Shown: positions 58,931-64,000 of the stretch, one piece after another
Position numbering within the stretch: position 1 is the stretch's first letter
Layout of the letters: every line of letters starts with the position of its first letter
From: Antedon mediterranea
Lineage: Eukaryota; Animalia; Echinodermata
DNA: 64,000 bases
Direction of reading: 5' to 3'
NCBI RefSeq assembly: GCF_964355755.1
Contig: NC_092678.1
Span: 11,220,352-11,284,351, forward strand
Made by a program: the position numbers and the translations under genes
Notes under the pieces: generated by a model
What the model saw: only the letters and a program-made list of their open reading frames with translations
The model's database searches: none
What the model was told of the DNA's origin: nothing

Positions 58931-60512
58931 TTAATATCTGACTTCTCCACACATGTTTCACACATTCACAACAATGATAAGATTTTGCCAATAGACAACA
59001 TCTTTTTACAAATTCTCTCGACTTAGTATTAAATTCATTTGAAAAAGATCTTCTAGTAGTAGCTGTATTTATGTTGAACGTGTGCTTGCATTTAAGGTAG
59101 GAGAAGAAGTTTATTTTATGCTATAAATCAGCATTTAAAAGTTTTGAAAATGGTTTGGCCTAGCTAGCCTAGCCAATCATAATGTCATGTTATGTATGGC
59201 ATATGTGGTAAGCCCCATGCCAGCCCCGCGAAACCAGTTGGCCTGCTCGTATTTGTCGTTATATGGTAGGCCTTTTTTTATTAGTAACAATAGGCCTAGA
59301 GATGCATTTGTTAGCCCATTCTACTATGGTGTTGTTATTTACATTGTTTGCACACTATAGGCTAGGCCCTAAAAAATGATGATAATTTATATTATTAATA
59401 TTACAGTAGTATTAATATTATCATTTATTAGTTAGGCCTAGCTAAGCTATGTAAGGTACTACTACAGTATTGTTACTTTAGCCTAGTAGTTTAGTATTAT
59501 TAGCCCCTACTAGGCCTAGCTATATTAATTATTATTAACAAACAAAGGTAGGATTTTCTCTGTGCCACTCTTTTAGTTAGCCTAGATCTTTGTTTTCCAA
59601 TGGGCCTGCTGCTAGTGCTAGTATATTTTTAGGGCTCCCTTTTGGCCTAGACTTTTTTATTTATTTAATATTTTAACAATCCTACTACTAGTAGTAGTAA
59701 GTAGGCCTAGTTAGTAATTGTAATAGATGAATTTTTCGTTTAAAGTGAGCTATTCTTCAAAATTTAATTTTGATGCAAAAAATGTTAATATTAAATTATT
59801 AATTTTTTTAAATAGATTTTAACCCTAAATTTAAACAATATAAAACAATTAATCACCGTGGTATGACAAAACAAACTAAATAAACCTATGTCTACCCTTC
59901 TATGATATAGAAAAACAATTTAACTTTTATAATGATTGTTTATTGTATTATTATTGTAAGTGTAGGCTTCAACTCTTTGATCCAAATCATTCGTTTAATT
60001 AGACAATCAATTGTATTTGTGGATTTAGATAAGATTCTCAAATAACTTGATTGCATAAAAGGAAATGCTCTGAATCAAAGATTATACATTAATAAACAAA
60101 GACTATTCAATTACATCAAATTTATGTTGTAATGCTGTCTTTGTAAATTGTTTTTAATTTCGTAAAACAAAAAAACACTATTTATAATTCATAAAAGTGT
60201 GTATAATAATATTTTCTTAATTCTTAATTCAGATAAGAAAATTAATTTGTTCTTAGTAGATATGTTTTAATACTACATTTGATTCATTTTATTGATATTT
60301 TATTTACATTTAAAGTCTTGGCCTACTATTAATTATCACTTGAGAAATTTCAACCCACCGATATTTTATTTAGATCTAATTTTCTTATAACTACAGCCAT
60401 TTACTACAACTTCATGGTGCACAGTGGCATTATACGGTAACATTTTGTTTTATCATATATTTTAATTTACATTATATTCTTGCCTTTAATCAGTTTCTTT
60501 AGTTTTCTTAAG

Positions 60513-62725
60513 ACCAACCTTTCAGCGGAGTGAAGATACACACCTGCTGCAGTAATATTATTTAACAAGACCAACCACAAGTGTCTAAATCCTGATGCTG
60601 TACTTCAAGATGCCTTGAAGGAGGTGTGAAGGGTGGACGGAAACACCAACAATGAATGTGATGTCTTGGGCTCTCTGGACACATCGCCTGCATACAGAAC
60701 CCAGAAAAAACCAGTGCGAGATGATTAAGGTTAGAGTAGTTACCTTGCCAAGAGACTCCACTTCTTCTTTGGAATCAATTCGCCTTTACCTTAACAGGTT
60801 CAATCCAGGTATTACTGTTTATTTGGTATCCACTTAATCTTTAAACCTATCTATTTATTTTTTTAATTATTTAATCATTATGGATGGAGGTTTTATTTTC
60901 TCTCAGGTGAGCGTGCTAGCAACTTACATTTCCAGGCTTACATGATATGAATGGACTTGTTCGATGGAACGCAAACCGGGCACTAGATGCTACCCAGTCT
61001 GGAGCACCCATCCTCCAGTACATATAGTGGGCTGCACCAGCGTGCTCTCAACAAACTAGCAAAGCAAATGATTGGAAAAAAAGTGTACAAAAGTTTTATC
61101 ATCCCAAAAAAGTACACCGGAGCACTCATCGGAGTGGAGTACCTGAATTTCCTGTCAAAACAGATACCATTTATGATGAAGACTTTGATGAAGAAATTTA
61201 CACTTTTGATGTTGATGAAGGGTATGATGACAAGACTCAACCAGACTACAAACCACCTAAGCGTTGTTTTAAACCTCGAAATGCTAAAGAACCCTCACCA
61301 CCCCAGCTGGAGCCCTTGCCTTCATGTGACGATAATGATGATGATGGTGAAGGAAAAGCAGCCCTTTTATGACACAGTGAGTTAAATTTGTATCATTAGC
61401 TTCTACCTCACGAATTTTGTTTCTGTTTTGAAATACAATGCACGAGTCTGATTATATATTTTGTTTTCATATTTTACAATTTAGGAACTTGAGGATTCCA
61501 CTGGACCAGACAACATTCCAGGCTAAGCCAAAGTTGAAGCCCTGGCAGACTACCTTATGCAGTTTAAGGAAGACAGTGGAGTGATAAGTCAAAGTCATGC
61601 TGAACATGTCGCAAAGTTGTGGAACAACCTGGATGCTTATGACAAAACCATTAAACGCAAAGCACGGCATCAAGATTACCTGACGAAAGGCAGGTTCAAG
61701 AAAAGTAAAACTACTTCTGTAATACCTGGTGTCGAAAGCACTCGACGGTAAGGCAGTTTCCAGCGTTTTTTACTTTGTTGCATGATGTGTCTTAAATCTA
61801 ACTTGTTTCTTTGGTTTTTTTTGAAAAGATGCTTCTTAGGTCAGAACACCGGGCCAGCTCAGTGGCCGGACTGCAATCGATATATGGAGTGCATTATTAC
61901 AAAACTATGTGAAGCGTATCCATCTACCGTATCTATTATCGAAGGTAAACGTTTCCAGCGCTGGCCGCTCATTACCAAAGGCTACAAGAACATTCGTCGG
62001 AAAGTGCTATCGAATGGACACCTGATGTTGTTTGCTAAGCTTCAGTTGATGGAGATAAATCGTACGACACTCATCCAGTGGTGAGTTTTTACTTGTTATT
62101 GATTGTTATTTTACGCTACAGTAAATACATTAAAGTTTTTAAATACTGTGTTTGATTTATTTTCAACAGGTACAACAGAACATCAAAGAAGCAAGAGCGG
62201 CAAGTGTTGGAATCTGGCATCTCGGCAACAATACCCAAACTTGTCTCTGATAAAACCCTACTTGAAACTTTAACCAAGCCAGCGGTGCTAAACGTTCATA
62301 CAAGCGCTCCATCTTTCACATTTGACCTACCAAAAAACACTTCCGGCCTAGCGACTCCAGGAAACGGACCGTCGATCCCAGTTCCAGGCGAGATAGCCAA
62401 ACCACCACCGTCAGTCCCTGAGGCTAGCAGTACTCGTATTCCTAGAACTACCCTCTTGTACAGAAAACGAGTGGCTAAAGACATATCGGAAGGGAAACCG
62501 ATCAAAATATACAAATCAAGAACGTCTGCGATTGTGTGCTCAAAGTGTAAGCAACCAAGATTAAATAAGAACCACACTCAGTGCTATGGAAATTGGTATT
62601 GTGCTGCAACATCTGATGTGACTTTTAAAGAAATCGGCTATGGTTGCCATCCGTCGCCTTCGTCAAGAGAGGAAAAAAAAGCAGCAAAAAGAATGATTCC
62701 AAATGATTGTTGTAGCCATGGATAG
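60513..62725 (+). pseudogene. Five-exon pseudogene of an uncharacterised, probably transposase-like family (DUF6729-associated, from recall)
   Basis: GT-AG exons about 60513-60808, 60907-61376, 61485-61747, 61829-62080, 62170-62725; motifs HIACIQNP, SLES.RLYLNRFNPG, HFQAY, GLVRWN, YTGALIGVEYL, GPDNIPG, PGVESTRRC, C..CKQP..H..YG..YC; stops and frameshifts present. Confidence 0.7.
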
Positions 62726-64000
62726 TTTTTATACTGTTTCGTATATCTTCAATTTTTATTTGTTCTGTGATTTTATATTCACTTTTTACAAAATATTTGT
62801 ATTTTATGCAATTTGGCCATTGGGCCACCATATCTAATGGTATTCTGAATGTGCAGTAAAGTTAATAATAATAATAAAAAAAGTTTTTAATGCTGCCAAA
62901 TCCAAAGAGCAATGATTAATGTTATAAATTATTTTGTAATTTTTATAAATTACATTCAGTTTTAATTATTACATTATAATTTACATTATATCATTCATTG
63001 CACTTTGTATTTGAAGGTCCCAAGCCCTTACAAAAAAAGCAGAGGGGAAACTTTTGCAGTTGAGTGTACATTAAATGGTGAATTCTATATTCTTGTCAAG
63101 ACTATTTCCTTAGTATTGTAAATTCTCAAATATTTTATATTTATTTCAAGAGCAATTCCACTACAATTCATTTTGATGTGAATCAAATAATTCATTCCAC
63201 CAATTCTAATAATATATTTTGATAATAACTCATACTATAGAGGTTATTATCCAGTAACCTTTAGTTACTCCTCTTACAGTTACACATACCCTATGATACC
63301 ATGTGGCCTAGAAAAAAAGCCCCAGACAAAGTTAACGGTAATTTTGTCTCAATTTTTTAAAAAGGCTAACTTATCAAACTACTTGGAATATGGTTGGCCA
63401 ATCAGAAGTCAGGGTGGGTTTTTTAAATAGTTACATAGTAACATATATATACAATTTTGATTGACAATTGTTCACACCCTAAAAACACAACAAAAAACGT
63501 CTCGTCATATTAAAAGAACTAACAATTAATACAACATACATATTGTAGTCGAATTTACCGTGTTTTAAAAAACAAAATTCATGTACTGTAGTACAAGGAT
63601 TTTTTTCGAAAATTGGATAAAAAAATGCCGACTTTCTCAACTTTTAACAAAAAATTTAAGTCTTATTATTCTATTATTTTTATTCATTTAATACATCGAT
63701 CATGTGATAAACCCCTAAAATTGACAGTTTTTAATATGCCGGTATTCAAAACAACCTCCTAGATTCTTGGGTCCCATTGGCCAATTGTCTAGTTTCCTCA
63801 TTATCTAATGACCCAGTCCAATTCAGTTTTAATGACCCCACATGGCTCTGTCCATTTCTTGTCCATTTCTTTTTGCGTTCTTTACCGTTCCGAGTGAGAA
63901 GATTGAGCTGTACCCTTTGCGCACGAGGTTGTTGAATGTTGAGCATAGTTGTTGCCATTTCTGGCATTATTATGCTTTTTGGCTTTATTTAGAGACTCAC

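Overview
This is AT-rich eukaryotic DNA (animal; probably a marine invertebrate, by inference) made almost entirely of repeats and transposons. I recognise no intact host protein-coding gene. Contents: (i) satellite A (78/86-87 bp monomers) in six blocks and satellite B (157 bp, about 30 copies); (ii) an 18.7-kb minus-strand non-autonomous Helitron (1523-20262) that splits a CR1 LINE and itself holds a Crack/L2-group LINE, an apparently intact Gypsy element, a TTAA-bounded long-TIR element and a pogo-like MITE; (iii) a decayed Ngaro-type tyrosine-recombinase retrotransposon with an upstream SGNH fragment and a 19-bp UUCG-hairpin minisatellite; (iv) a SINE fused to an L2 fragment; (v) a 3.4-kb foldback element plus a duplicated arm that appears recombinant; (vi) a CsRn1-type Gypsy with TG...AA LTRs; (vii) an RTEX-like LINE with intact ORF2 inside satellite B; (viii) a spliced, internally deleted pseudogene of an uncharacterised transposase-like family. 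All family assignments come from recalled motifs, with no database search, and many boundaries are approximate.
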